Counted from the stretch's first letter, positions 21,375-32,893 are shown. The stretch is DNA of 64,000 bases from Escherichia coli (GCF_016026235.1 NZ_CP065613.1); one strand, 5' to 3'. The notes: generated by a model not told the origin, from the letters alone. Program-made: numbers and translations.

Positions 21375-22052
21375 ATGCAGGAAAATAGTCCTTTGCTTCA
21401 GCTACAAAACGTAGGATATCTGGCGGGTGATGCGAAGATTCTTAATAACATCAATTTTTCGCTGCGTGCTGGCGAATTTAAGTTAATTACCGGTCCTTCT
21501 GGTTGTGGCAAAAGTACGTTGCTAAAAATAGTTGCTTCATTGATCAGCCCAACCAGCGGAACGTTACTGTTTGAAGGTGAGGATGTCAGCACACTAAAGC
21601 CAGAAATCTACCGCCAGCAAGTTTCTTACTGCGCCCAGACGCCGACGCTGTTTGGCGATACGGTATACGATAACCTGATTTTTCCCTGGCAGATCCGTAA
21701 CCAGCAGCCTGACCCGGCCATTTTTCTCGATTTTCTCGAACGCTTCGCTTTGCCGGACAGCGTTTTGACGAAGAATATCGCCGAGCTATCTGGTGGTGAA
21801 AAACAACGCATCTCATTGATTCGTAACCTGCAATTTATGCCGAAGGTTTTATTGCTGGATGAAATAACCAGTGCGCTGGATGAAAGTAATAAACATAACG
21901 TCAATGAGATGATCCATCGTTATGTGCGCGAGCAAAATATTGCCGTGCTGTGGGTGACACACGATAAAGACGAAATTAATCATGCGGATAAAGTGATTAC
22001 ACTGCAACCGCATGCCGGAGAAATGCAGGAAGCACGCTATGAACTCGCATAA
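21375..22052 (+). CDS. fetA: ABC transporter ATP-binding protein (iron export)
   Basis: 225-aa ORF with Walker A GPSGCGKST and LSGGE signature. Confidence 0.85.
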   Translation: MQENSPLLQLQNVGYLAGDAKILNNINFSLRAGEFKLITGPSGCGKSTLLKIVASLISPTSGTLLFEGEDVSTLKPEIYRQQVSYCAQTPTLFGDTVYDNLIFPWQIRNQQPDPAIFLDFLERFALPDSVLTKNIAELSGGEKQRISLIRNLQFMPKVLLLDEITSALDESNKHNVNEMIHRYVREQNIAVLWVTHDKDEINHADKVITLQPHAGEMQEARYELA

Positions 22053-22818
22053 TATTACTAACGAATCATTAGCACTGGCATTAATGCTGGTGGTGGTGGC
22101 AATCTTAATTAGCCATAAAGAAAAACTGGCGCTGGAGAAAGATATTCTCTGGAGCGTCGGGCGAGCGATAATTCAGCTGATTATTGTCGGCTATGTGCTG
22201 AAGTATATTTTCAGCGTGGATGATGCCTGCCTGACATTATTGATGGTGTTATTTATCTGCTTTAATGCGGCGTGGAACGCGCAAAAACGCAGTAAATATA
22301 TTGCTAAAGCTTTTATCTCATCGTTTATTGCCATTACGGTCGGGGCGGGAATTACCCTGGCGGTGCTGATTCTCTCTGGGTCGATTGAATTTATCCCGAT
22401 GCAGGTGATCCCTATCGCCGGGATGATTGCCGGTAACGCCATGGTAGCGGTGGGGTTGTGTTACAACAATTTAGGGCAACGGGTCATTAGCGAACAGCAA
22501 CAGATTCAGGAGAAACTGAGTCTTGGTGCGACGCCGAAGCAGGCTTCAGCGATATTGATTCGCGACAGTATTCGCGCGGCTTTAATTCCGACGGTCGATT
22601 CAGCAAAAACGGTTGGCTTAGTGAGTTTACCTGGAATGATGTCCGGGCTGATATTTGCCGGGATTGATCCGGTGAAGGCGATTAAATATCAGATTATGGT
22701 GACCTTTATGCTGCTCTCAACCGCCAGCTTGTCGACCATTATTGCCTGCTATTTAACCTATCGTAAGTTTTATAATTCGCGCCACCAGTTGGTGGTGACG
22801 CAATTGAAGAAGAAATGA
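22039..22818 (+). CDS. fetB: ABC transporter permease (iron export)
   Basis: 259-aa polytopic ORF from the ATG at 22039, overlapping the fetA 3' end by 14 bp. Confidence 0.8.
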   Translation: MNSHNITNESLALALMLVVVAILISHKEKLALEKDILWSVGRAIIQLIIVGYVLKYIFSVDDACLTLLMVLFICFNAAWNAQKRSKYIAKAFISSFIAITVGAGITLAVLILSGSIEFIPMQVIPIAGMIAGNAMVAVGLCYNNLGQRVISEQQQIQEKLSLGATPKQASAILIRDSIRAALIPTVDSAKTVGLVSLPGMMSGLIFAGIDPVKAIKYQIMVTFMLLSTASLSTIIACYLTYRKFYNSRHQLVVTQLKKK

Positions 22819-22824
22819 TGCGAT

Positions 22825-22850
22825 GCCGGATGCGCAGCATCGCATCCGGC
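22825..22850. terminator. Palindromic hairpin between convergent fetB and cnoX
   Basis: 10-bp stem gccggatgcg / cgcatccggc with a 6-nt loop. Confidence 0.5.
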
Positions 22851-22880
22851 GTTGTGGTTCATGTGCCGATCAACGGAATA

Positions 22881-23777
<897 letters not shown>

Positions 23778-23795
23778 TTAAGCGCGCGCTTCAAC

Positions 23796-24605
23796 TCACC
23801 CCTGCAATATTTTGTCCATCACGCGCCCCGGCAGCAGGCGCTTAAGCACCATTACCGCCCAGGTCACCAGCGTCACCGGATAGCGCATCTTCGGCTTCTC
23901 GCTAATAAAAGCATGGCGTACTTTGTCCACCACCGCTTCCGGTCCCAACGTAAAGCGGGCGGCGATGCCGGGATTTTCGACTGGTTTATCACTTTGCGTC
24001 TGGTTGACGTTGTCGGTGAAGCGAGTACGAATGGGACCGGGTTCGATCAGGCTGACTTTAATTCCGCTGTGGCGCAGCTCCATGCGCAGTGCGTCTGACC
24101 ACGCCTCCAGCGCATATTTACTGGCCGCGTAAGCGCCACGACCCGGCGTGGAGATTAATCCCATCACCGATGATGTCATCACAATACGCCCTTCACCGTG
24201 CGGTAACATCGCGGGTAACAGGCGCATGGTGAGCTGGTGTGCGCCGAAAAAGTTGGCGGAAAACTGCTGTTCCATCTGCGCACGGCTGATGGTGGAAAGG
24301 GGGCCATACATGCCGAATCCGGCATTGTTAAAGATCCCATACAGACAATTATCGGTCAGGGCGATCACCTCGTCGGCTGCGCGATCAACACTTTCTGGTG
24401 AATCCAGATCGATCAACACGCCGGTAAATCCCATGCTGTTCATGCGCTCAACATCATCCGGTTTCCGGCAACCTGCCAGCACATGAAAACCCTGGCGTTT
24501 TAATTCGAGCGCGCTTTCCAGGCCAATTCCACTGGAACATCCGGTAATTAAGACCGATTTTTGCATAACTTTACCTGTCAGGATCTCCGTTGCTTTATGA
24601 GTCAT
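23796..24605 (-). CDS. ybbO: Short-chain dehydrogenase/reductase (NADP-dependent)
   Basis: 269-aa ORF with TGxxxGIG Rossmann motif and YxxxK catalytic motif. Confidence 0.85.
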   Translation of the reverse strand: MTHKATEILTGKVMQKSVLITGCSSGIGLESALELKRQGFHVLAGCRKPDDVERMNSMGFTGVLIDLDSPESVDRAADEVIALTDNCLYGIFNNAGFGMYGPLSTISRAQMEQQFSANFFGAHQLTMRLLPAMLPHGEGRIVMTSSVMGLISTPGRGAYAASKYALEAWSDALRMELRHSGIKVSLIEPGPIRTRFTDNVNQTQSDKPVENPGIAARFTLGPEAVVDKVRHAFISEKPKMRYPVTLVTWAVMVLKRLLPGRVMDKILQG

Positions 24606-25221
24606 GATTTACTAAAGGCTGCAACTGCTTCGCCATCCAGTCGGCAATAAACGGCTGGGCGTCGTGGTTGGGATGAATACCGTCATCCTGCATCCATTGT
24701 GGCTTGAGGTAGACCTCTTCCATAAAAAAGGGCAGCAGCGGAACATCAAACTCTTTGGCGAGTTTGGGGTAAATGGCGCTAAAGGCTTCATTATAACGGC
24801 GACCATAGTTTGCAGGCAGACGTATTTGCATTAACAATGGTTCAGCGTTGGCGGCTTTGACATCCTGCAAAATCTGGCGCAGCGTTTGCTCGGTTTGCTG
24901 TGGCTGAAAACCACGCAAACCGTCATTGCCGCCCAGTTCAACCAGCACCCAGCGCGGCTGATGCTGTTTCAGCAGAGCCGGAAGGCGCGCCAGCCCTTGT
25001 TGCGAAGTGTCGCCGCTGATGCTGGCATTAACTACCGACGTTTTACTCTGCCACTTATCATTCAACAAGGCAGGCCAGGCCGCGCTGGCAGACATTCGAT
25101 ACCCAGCGCTCAGGCTATCACCCAGAATCAATAACGTGTCCGCTGCGGCGGCACGGAAGGTTAACAGGACCAGGAACAGGAAGGGCAAATGCCAGCGGAA
25201 AACATTGTTGAAGTTCATCAT
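24595..25221 (-). CDS. tesA: Acyl-CoA thioesterase I / lysophospholipase L1 (SGNH hydrolase, periplasmic)
   Basis: 208-aa ORF from MMNFNN with signal peptide and GDSLS motif; overlaps the ybbO start region. Confidence 0.9.
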   Translation of the reverse strand: MMNFNNVFRWHLPFLFLVLLTFRAAAADTLLILGDSLSAGYRMSASAAWPALLNDKWQSKTSVVNASISGDTSQQGLARLPALLKQHQPRWVLVELGGNDGLRGFQPQQTEQTLRQILQDVKAANAEPLLMQIRLPANYGRRYNEAFSAIYPKLAKEFDVPLLPFFMEEVYLKPQWMQDDGIHPNHDAQPFIADWMAKQLQPLVNHDS

Positions 25222-25875
25222 CTTAAGAAGTCCGTCGGTCAGGGGGAGCATGAACTCTCCATCCTCACCGGAGTTGAGCTGGTTGTCAAACGTGGCGAGA
25301 CCATCGCACTGGTGGGCGAGTCGGGATCGGGTAAGTCAACCTTGCTGGCGATCCTCGCCGGGCTGGATGACGGCAGCAGTGGCGAAGTGAGTCTGGTGGG
25401 ACAACCGCTACATAATATGGACGAAGAAGCGCGGGCAAAGTTGCGCGCGAAGCACGTAGGCTTTGTTTTTCAGTCATTTATGTTAATTCCTACCCTTAAC
25501 GCGCTGGAAAACGTCGAGCTTCCGGCGCTGCTGCGCGGTGAGAGTAGCGCGGAAAGTCGTAACGGAGCGAAAGCGTTGCTCGAACAGTTAGGTCTGGGTA
25601 AACGTCTGGATCATCTTCCGGCACAGCTTTCCGGCGGTGAACAGCAACGAGTGGCGCTGGCACGAGCCTTTAACGGTCGACCTGATGTGCTGTTTGCCGA
25701 CGAACCCACCGGCAACCTTGACCGCCATACCGGCGATAAAATTGCCGACCTGCTGTTTTCCCTCAACCGTGAGCATGGCACCACGTTGATTATGGTGACC
25801 CACGACCTGCAACTGGCGGCACGCTGCGACCGCTGCTTACGGCTGGTGAACGGGCAGTTGCAGGAGGAAGCATGA
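25189..25875 (+). CDS. ybbA: ABC transporter ATP-binding protein (LolD-like)
   Basis: 228-aa ORF with Walker A GESGSGKST and LSGGEQQR signature. Confidence 0.85.
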   Translation: MPAENIVEVHHLKKSVGQGEHELSILTGVELVVKRGETIALVGESGSGKSTLLAILAGLDDGSSGEVSLVGQPLHNMDEEARAKLRAKHVGFVFQSFMLIPTLNALENVELPALLRGESSAESRNGAKALLEQLGLGKRLDHLPAQLSGGEQQRVALARAFNGRPDVLFADEPTGNLDRHTGDKIADLLFSLNREHGTTLIMVTHDLQLAARCDRCLRLVNGQLQEEA

Positions 25876-28286
25876 TTGCACGTTGGTTCTGGCGCGAATG
25901 GCGTTCGCCGTCGCTATTAATTGTCTGGCTGGCGCTAAGCCTGGCGGTGGCCTGCGTGCTGGCGCTGGGCAATATCAGCGATCGCATGGAGAAGGGCTTA
26001 AGCCAGCAAAGCCGTGAGTTTATGGCGGGCGATCGGGCGCTGCGCAGTTCGCGCGAAGTGCCGCAAGCGTGGCTGGAGGAAGCGCAAAAGCGCGGCCTGA
26101 AAGTCGGCAAGCAGCTGACTTTCGCCACCATGACATTTGCAGGCGACACACCGCAGCTGGCGAACGTTAAAGCGGTGGATGATATCTACCCGATGTATGG
26201 CGATCTGCAAACCAATCCCCCTGGCCTGAAACCGCAGGCGGGCAGCGTATTGCTGGCCCCACGCCTGATGGCACTGCTTAACCTGAAAACGGGCGACACC
26301 ATTGACGTGGGCGATGCCACCTTGCGGATTGCCGGAGAAGTGATTCAGGAACCGGATTCCGGTTTTAACCCCTTCCAGATGGCTCCGCGTCTGATGATGA
26401 ATCTGGCGGATGTCGATAAAACCGGAGCCGTGCAGCCGGGGAGTCGGGTCACCTGGCGCTATAAATTCGGCGGCAGCGAGAACCAGCTCGACAGCTATGA
26501 GAAATGGTTGTTACCTCAGCTTAAACCCGAACAACGCTGGTACGGTCTGGAACAGGACGAAGGCGCGCTGGGGCGATCGATGGAACGCTCGCAACAGTTC
26601 CTGCTGCTTTCGGCGCTTCTGACCTTGCTGCTGGCAGTGGCAGCGGTGGCGGTAGCGATGAATCATTACTGTCGCAGTCGCTACGATCTGGTGGCGATCC
26701 TCAAAACACTGGGGGCAGGGCGAGCGCAACTGCGTAAGCTAATCGTCGGTCAGTGGTTGATGGTGCTGACGCTTTCAGCCGTTACCGGTGGGGCGATAGG
26801 CCTGTTGTTCGAAAACGTGTTGATGGTGCTGCTCAAGCCCGTTCTGCCTGCTGCACTACCGCCAGCCAGCCTCTGGCCGTGGCTGTGGGCGCTTGGCACC
26901 ATGACGGTCATCTCGCTGCTGGTGGGGCTACGACCATACCGCTTGTTGCTGGCAACGCAGCCTTTACGCGTATTACGTAATGATGTGGTAGCGAACGTCT
27001 GGCCGCTGAAGTTTTATCTGCCGATTGTCAGTGTGGTGGTTGTGCTGCTGCTCGCCGGATTAATGGGTGGCAGCATGCTGCTTTGGGCGGTGCTGGCGGG
27101 CGCGGTAGTACTGGCTTTGCTGTGCGGTGTGCTGGGCTGGATGCAGCTGAATGTACTTCGCCGCATGACGCTGAAATCGCTACCTCTGCGCCTGGCGGTT
27201 AGCCGCCTGTTACGTCAGCCGTGGTCAACGTTAAGCCAGCTTTCGGCATTTTCGCTCTCCTTTATGCTGCTGGCGCTGTTGCTGGTATTGCGTGGCGATC
27301 TGCTCGACCGCTGGCAGCAGCAGCTACCGCCAGAAAGCCCGAACTACTTTTTAATTAACATCGCCACAGAACAGGTAGCACCGCTAAAAGCGTTCCTCGC
27401 GGAACATCATATAGTCCCGGAATCGTTTTATCCGGTGGTGCGGGCGAGACTGACGGCGATTAACGGCAAGCCGACAGAAGGCAATGAAGATGAGGCGCTC
27501 AATCGCGAACTCAATCTTACCTGGCAAAATACGCGGCCCGATCATAATCCGATTGTCGCCGGTAACTGGCCGCCAAAAGCCGATGAAGTATCGATGGAAG
27601 AGGGGCTGGCGAAACGCTTAAACGTTGCCCTCGGTGATACCGTGACTTTTATGGGCGATACCCAGGAGTTCCGCGCTAAAGTGACCAGCCTGCGCAAAGT
27701 GGACTGGGAAAGTCTGCGGCCTAATTTCTATTTTATTTTCCCTGAAGGGGCATTAGACGGGCAACCGCAGAGCTGGCTTACCAGTTTCCGCTGGGAGAAT
27801 GGCAACGGCATGTTGACGCAACTCAACCGCCAGTTCCCGACCATTAGCCTGTTAGACATTGGCGCGATTTTAAAACAGGTCGGCCAGGTGCTGGAGCAGG
27901 TAAGTCGGGCGCTGGAGGTGATGGTGGTGCTGGTCACCGCCTGCGGTATGTTGCTGTTGCTGGCACAGGTGCAGGTGGGAATGCGTCAGCGTCATCAGGA
28001 GCTGGTGGTGTGGCGCACACTCGGTGCGGGGAAAAAACTGCTGCGTACCACGTTGTGGTGTGAGTTCGCCATGCTTGGGTTTGTTTCTGGCCTGGTGGCC
28101 GCAATTGGTGCGGAAACGGCACTGGCAGTGTTGCAGGCGAAAGTGTTTGATTTTCCGTGGGAGCCAGACTGGCGATTGTGGATTGTTCTGCCGTGCAGCG
28201 GTGCGCTGCTGCTGTCGCTTTTCGGCGGCTGGCTGGGCGCGAGACTGGTTAAGGGTAAGGCGCTGTTCAGGCAGTTTGCGGGGTGA
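25872..28286 (+). CDS. ybbP: FtsX-like ABC transporter permease
   Basis: 804-aa polytopic ORF overlapping the ybbA stop by 4 bp. Confidence 0.85.
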   Translation: MIARWFWREWRSPSLLIVWLALSLAVACVLALGNISDRMEKGLSQQSREFMAGDRALRSSREVPQAWLEEAQKRGLKVGKQLTFATMTFAGDTPQLANVKAVDDIYPMYGDLQTNPPGLKPQAGSVLLAPRLMALLNLKTGDTIDVGDATLRIAGEVIQEPDSGFNPFQMAPRLMMNLADVDKTGAVQPGSRVTWRYKFGGSENQLDSYEKWLLPQLKPEQRWYGLEQDEGALGRSMERSQQFLLLSALLTLLLAVAAVAVAMNHYCRSRYDLVAILKTLGAGRAQLRKLIVGQWLMVLTLSAVTGGAIGLLFENVLMVLLKPVLPAALPPASLWPWLWALGTMTVISLLVGLRPYRLLLATQPLRVLRNDVVANVWPLKFYLPIVSVVVVLLLAGLMGGSMLLWAVLAGAVVLALLCGVLGWMQLNVLRRMTLKSLPLRLAVSRLLRQPWSTLSQLSAFSLSFMLLALLLVLRGDLLDRWQQQLPPESPNYFLINIATEQVAPLKAFLAEHHIVPESFYPVVRARLTAINGKPTEGNEDEALNRELNLTWQNTRPDHNPIVAGNWPPKADEVSMEEGLAKRLNVALGDTVTFMGDTQEFRAKVTSLRKVDWESLRPNFYFIFPEGALDGQPQSWLTSFRWENGNGMLTQLNRQFPTISLLDIGAILKQVGQVLEQVSRALEVMVVLVTACGMLLLLAQVQVGMRQRHQELVVWRTLGAGKKLLRTTLWCEFAMLGFVSGLVAAIGAETALAVLQAKVFDFPWEPDWRLWIVLPCSGALLLSLFGGWLGARLVKGKALFRQFAG

Positions 28287-28300
28287 TGACTGGTGTTAGA

Positions 28301-28603
<303 letters not shown>

Positions 28604-28632
28604 GAACAGTGTGCATTTTGGCAATAAATCTG

Positions 28633-28657
28633 AAACCAACTGTCATGTCGGTTTTTT
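28633..28657. repeat. 25-bp direct-repeat copy A (aaaccaactgtcatgtcggtttttt), 24/25 identical to copy B at 29109-29135
   Basis: Read directly from the sequence; the two copies bracket the small-ORF module. Confidence 0.7.
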
Positions 28658-28658
28658 A

Positions 28659-28687
28659 AAGGCCGAAGGTGGTAAACCTTCGGCCTT
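28659..28687 (-). terminator. Strong hairpin (11-bp stem aaggccgaagg / ccttcggcctt) 17 nt downstream of the small-ORF stop
   Basis: Perfect stem with a 7-nt loop; on the minus strand it is followed by a second weaker hairpin with a U-rich tail (copy A). Confidence 0.5.
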
Positions 28688-28703
28688 AGCTACGTTTCCT
28701 CAG

Positions 28704-28787
28704 TTATTCAATAAACTGACGGATCAGTTCCAGCAGCGCGATTAGCGCCTTAAGCACGATGAGAACTTTATCGAGAAAAGTTTTCAT
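28704..28787 (-). CDS. Candidate 27-aa type I toxin-like peptide (DinQ/TisB-like), MKTFLDKVLIVLKALIALLELIRQFIE
   Basis: ATG with a GGGAG RBS 8 nt upstream; amphipathic single-helix peptide; the LIALLELIR stretch matches my memory of E. coli DinQ; structured 3' end; candidate antisense RNA nearby. Confidence 0.45.
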   Translation of the reverse strand: MKTFLDKVLIVLKALIALLELIRQFIE

Positions 28788-29012
28788 CCGTTGCTCCCTT
28801 AAGGGAGAAAGACAATCACAGCTTACCCTTACGTTGCCTGTAACTATGATTTTCTTCATGTGCTAGATGAGGACTGCCTCTCTCCAAATTAGAGCACCAG
28901 AATCAGCACCACCTGTATCCTGACCAGGACTTAAAAGTACTTTTCCGCACTGCGGTAATCCCTTGAGGCAGTATCACTACTAGCGTCGGGATTGTATCGC
29001 CAACATAGCTGT

Positions 29013-29135
29013 TTGAATATGTAGGCATCCTGACTTATAATTCACTTGCTAGATGAGGACTGTTTCATTTCTGCCCGGAACCACCAAGTCTTGGGCGGAA
29101 AAAATAAAAAAACCGACTGTCATGTCGGTTTTTTT
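29013..29135 (+). ncRNA. Candidate small RNA: TTGAAT-17bp-TATAAT promoter (29013-29041), predicted start near 29048, terminator hairpin plus T7 at 29111-29135
   Basis: Near-consensus sigma-70 promoter and intrinsic terminator bracket about 88 nt with no ORF; the 5' end carries a 16-nt core (tgctagatgaggactg, 29047-29062) identical to 28861-28876 in the presumed leader of the toxin-like ORF. Confidence 0.35.
29109..29135. terminator. Bidirectional A-tract/hairpin/T-tract terminator (also terminates selU); direct-repeat copy B
   Basis: aaaaaaaccgac-tgtcat-gtcggttttttt; 63 nt downstream of the selU stop on the minus strand. Confidence 0.65.
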
Positions 29136-29198
29136 ATATCTGTATTCTGGTGCAACCATTCTGTTCTCACGACAATCGCCGTTTCAGAATACCGCCCA

Positions 29199-30308
<1,110 letters not shown>

Positions 30309-30361
30309 TCAAATCAGCTTGCGCGCTATTTTACGCGCCAACGCGCAAGGAAACTTGATTT

Positions 30362-31288
30362 TTAACTGCGTGGGTTGCCGAAAATTTCTAAAAATCCGCT
30401 GATTTCCGGCCTGCGCTGGGTAAACAAGGTCACAATATCTTCTACCGCTTTGCCGCTGCCAAATTTGCGCCATGCCAGACTCAATGGCGAAGGAGGGCGC
30501 ATCGTTGGGATTACCCGGCTGACCAGTTGTTGATTATCGATCATTGACTGGCAAAGCGATTTTGGCAAAAAACCAATGCCAACGCCCGCCAGATGGGCGG
30601 CGATTTTCGTTTCCATATCGGGAACAATAATCTCTTTTTGACCCGGCAATCGCCAGGCGACGCGTTTGGTTAAGGTGCGGGCGCTGTCTTCAATATTGAC
30701 CGCCGGAAAGCGCCGCAACTGCGCTTCTGTTAACGGCTCTTCAACGTTCGCCAGCGGATGATCCGCCGCCATGACAAATCGCCATTGCACCGATCCTAAG
30801 GGATCAAGACTAAAGGTATTTGCCAGCGCCTCAGTTCCCGTGACGCCGATAGCCAGCGAAAAACCTTCGTACAATAGCGAGTCCCAGACTCCCATATAGA
30901 TTTGTCGAGAGATGTGAAACTGGGTAAAGGGGTAACGTTCATTCAGCCACGCCAGCAACTGGGCGACGGCCTGGGGGTTGTAGAGCAGGTTGTTGATGAC
31001 AATATTCACCTGGCGTTCCACGCCATCATTCACCTGTTGCAGCTCGCTTGGCATACTTTCCAGCCAGCTCAGCCAGTCTCTGGCCTGGGAAAGTAGATGC
31101 TCGCCAGCCGCTGTCAACGTCACGCTACGAGTCGTGCGGAAAAACAGCGCTACTCCGGTATTCTCTTCCAGAAGTTTAATGCGATAACTGATCGTCGCCG
31201 TGGTTTTACATAATCGTTCTGCCGCTTTTGAAAAACTTCCTGTTTCAGCAACCGCAATGAAAGTCCGCAAGGTTTCTGGATCGAACAT
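30362..31288 (-). CDS. allS: LysR-family activator of allantoin catabolism
   Basis: 308-aa ORF with N-terminal HTH and LysR substrate-binding domain; divergent from allA. Confidence 0.9.
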
Positions 31289-31395
31289 CTTCAGGTATCC
31301 CCTTTTAAATCCGCAAGTTGCGTGATTTTCTTATCCTCTGATTTATCAGTATTTTTACATGATAACCCTGTTCAATTTGTGGACTAAATCTAGTT

Positions 31396-31412
31396 TTGGA
31401 AAAATATTCCAA
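31396..31412. promoter_or_regulatory. AllR-type operator TTGGAAAAATATTCCAA in the allS-allA intergenic region
   Basis: Imperfect palindrome with TTGGAA/TTCCAA arms, the same core as the site upstream of gcl. Confidence 0.65.
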
Positions 31413-31517
31413 CTTTTGTATTGATGTTGTTCTCTTAAGGTTTTAGATTGCCTGTTATTGAAACCAAGCTGACCGGTCGGCGGTGGTTGAACGGAATTAT
31501 GTTACAAGGACAAAAAG

Positions 31518-32000
31518 ATGAAACTTCAGGTATTACCGTTAAGTCAGGAAGCCTTTAGTGCTTATGGCGACGTAATCGAAACGCAGCAACGGGATTTTTT
31601 CCATATTAACAATGGCCTGGTGGAGCGTTACCACGATTTGGCGCTGGTTGAGATTCTTGAGCAAGACCGTACGCTTATCAGCATTAACCGCGCGCAACCG
31701 GCGAATCTGCCGCTGACCATTCACGAACTCGAACGTCATCCGCTGGGTACTCAGGCCTTTATCCCGATGAAAGGTGAGGTGTTTGTGGTGGTCGTGGCGT
31801 TAGGTGACGACAAACCAGACCTGTCAACCCTGCGGGCGTTTATTACCAACGGCGAACAGGGAGTGAATTACCATCGTAACGTCTGGCATCACCCACTTTT
31901 CGCCTGGCAGCGTGTCACCGATTTTCTGACCATCGATCGCGGCGGCAGTGACAACTGTGATGTTGAAAGTATTCCTGAACAGGAACTCTGTTTTGCGTGA
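31518..32000 (+). CDS. allA: Ureidoglycolate lyase
   Basis: 160-aa ORF recognised as AllA. Confidence 0.93.
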
Positions 32001-32077
32001 CGCCTGCAACCGACTTGCATAAGATAAACTAATTGTTCATTGTTTATGCTCACTTGTAGGTCGGAGTTAACGTAGGT

Positions 32078-32893
32078 ATGACGGAAGTTAGACGGCGCGG
32101 CAGGCCAGGACAGGCGGAGCCTGTGGCACAGAAGGGCGCACAGGCATTAGAGCGGGGAATTGCGATTCTGCAATATCTGGAAAAAAGTGGGGGAAGTTCG
32201 TCGGTTAGCGATATTTCTCTCAATCTGGATTTGCCGCTCTCCACGACCTTTCGCTTGCTGAAGGTTTTACAGGCAGCGGATTTTGTCTATCAGGACAGTC
32301 AGTTAGGCTGGTGGCATATAGGATTAGGTGTCTTTAACGTCGGTGCAGCGTACATCCATAACCGCGATGTCCTCTCCGTCGCCGGGCCGTTTATGCGCCG
32401 CCTGATGTTACTTTCCGGCGAAACGGTCAATGTCGCGATCCGTAACGGCAATGAAGCGGTATTAATTGGTCAGTTAGAGTGTAAATCGATGGTCAGGATG
32501 TGTGCTCCACTGGGCAGTCGTCTGCCACTGCATGCTTCCGGTGCGGGCAAAGCGCTGCTTTATCCGCTGGCGGAAGAGGAGTTGATGAGCATCATTCTGC
32601 AAACCGGTTTGCAGCAGTTTACGCCAACTACGCTTGTGGATATGCCCACTCTGCTGAAGGACCTGGAACAAGCGCGTGAACTGGGCTATACCGTAGATAA
32701 AGAAGAGCATGTTGTAGGTCTGAATTGCATAGCTTCAGCAATTTACGATGATGTAGGTAGCGTTGTTGCCGCTATCTCCATCTCCGGGCCTTCATCAAGA
32801 CTGACAGAAGATCGTTTTGTCAGTCAGGGTGAGCTGGTCAGAGACACCGCCCGCGATATCAGCACGGCGTTGGGACTGAAAGCACATCCATAG
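32078..32893 (+). CDS. allR: IclR-family repressor of the allantoin regulon
   Basis: 271-aa ORF with IclR-type HTH and effector domain. Confidence 0.93.

Noticed and set aside
28790-29050. LexA (SOS) box upstream of the toxin-like ORF, as expected for dinQ or tisB
   Set aside because: No CTG-N10-CAG match; the nearest sequences (CTGTATCCTGACCAGG at 28913-28928 and CTGTTTGAATATGTAG at 29009-29024) have wrong spacing or a mismatched half-site. The promoter of the small ORF remains unassigned.
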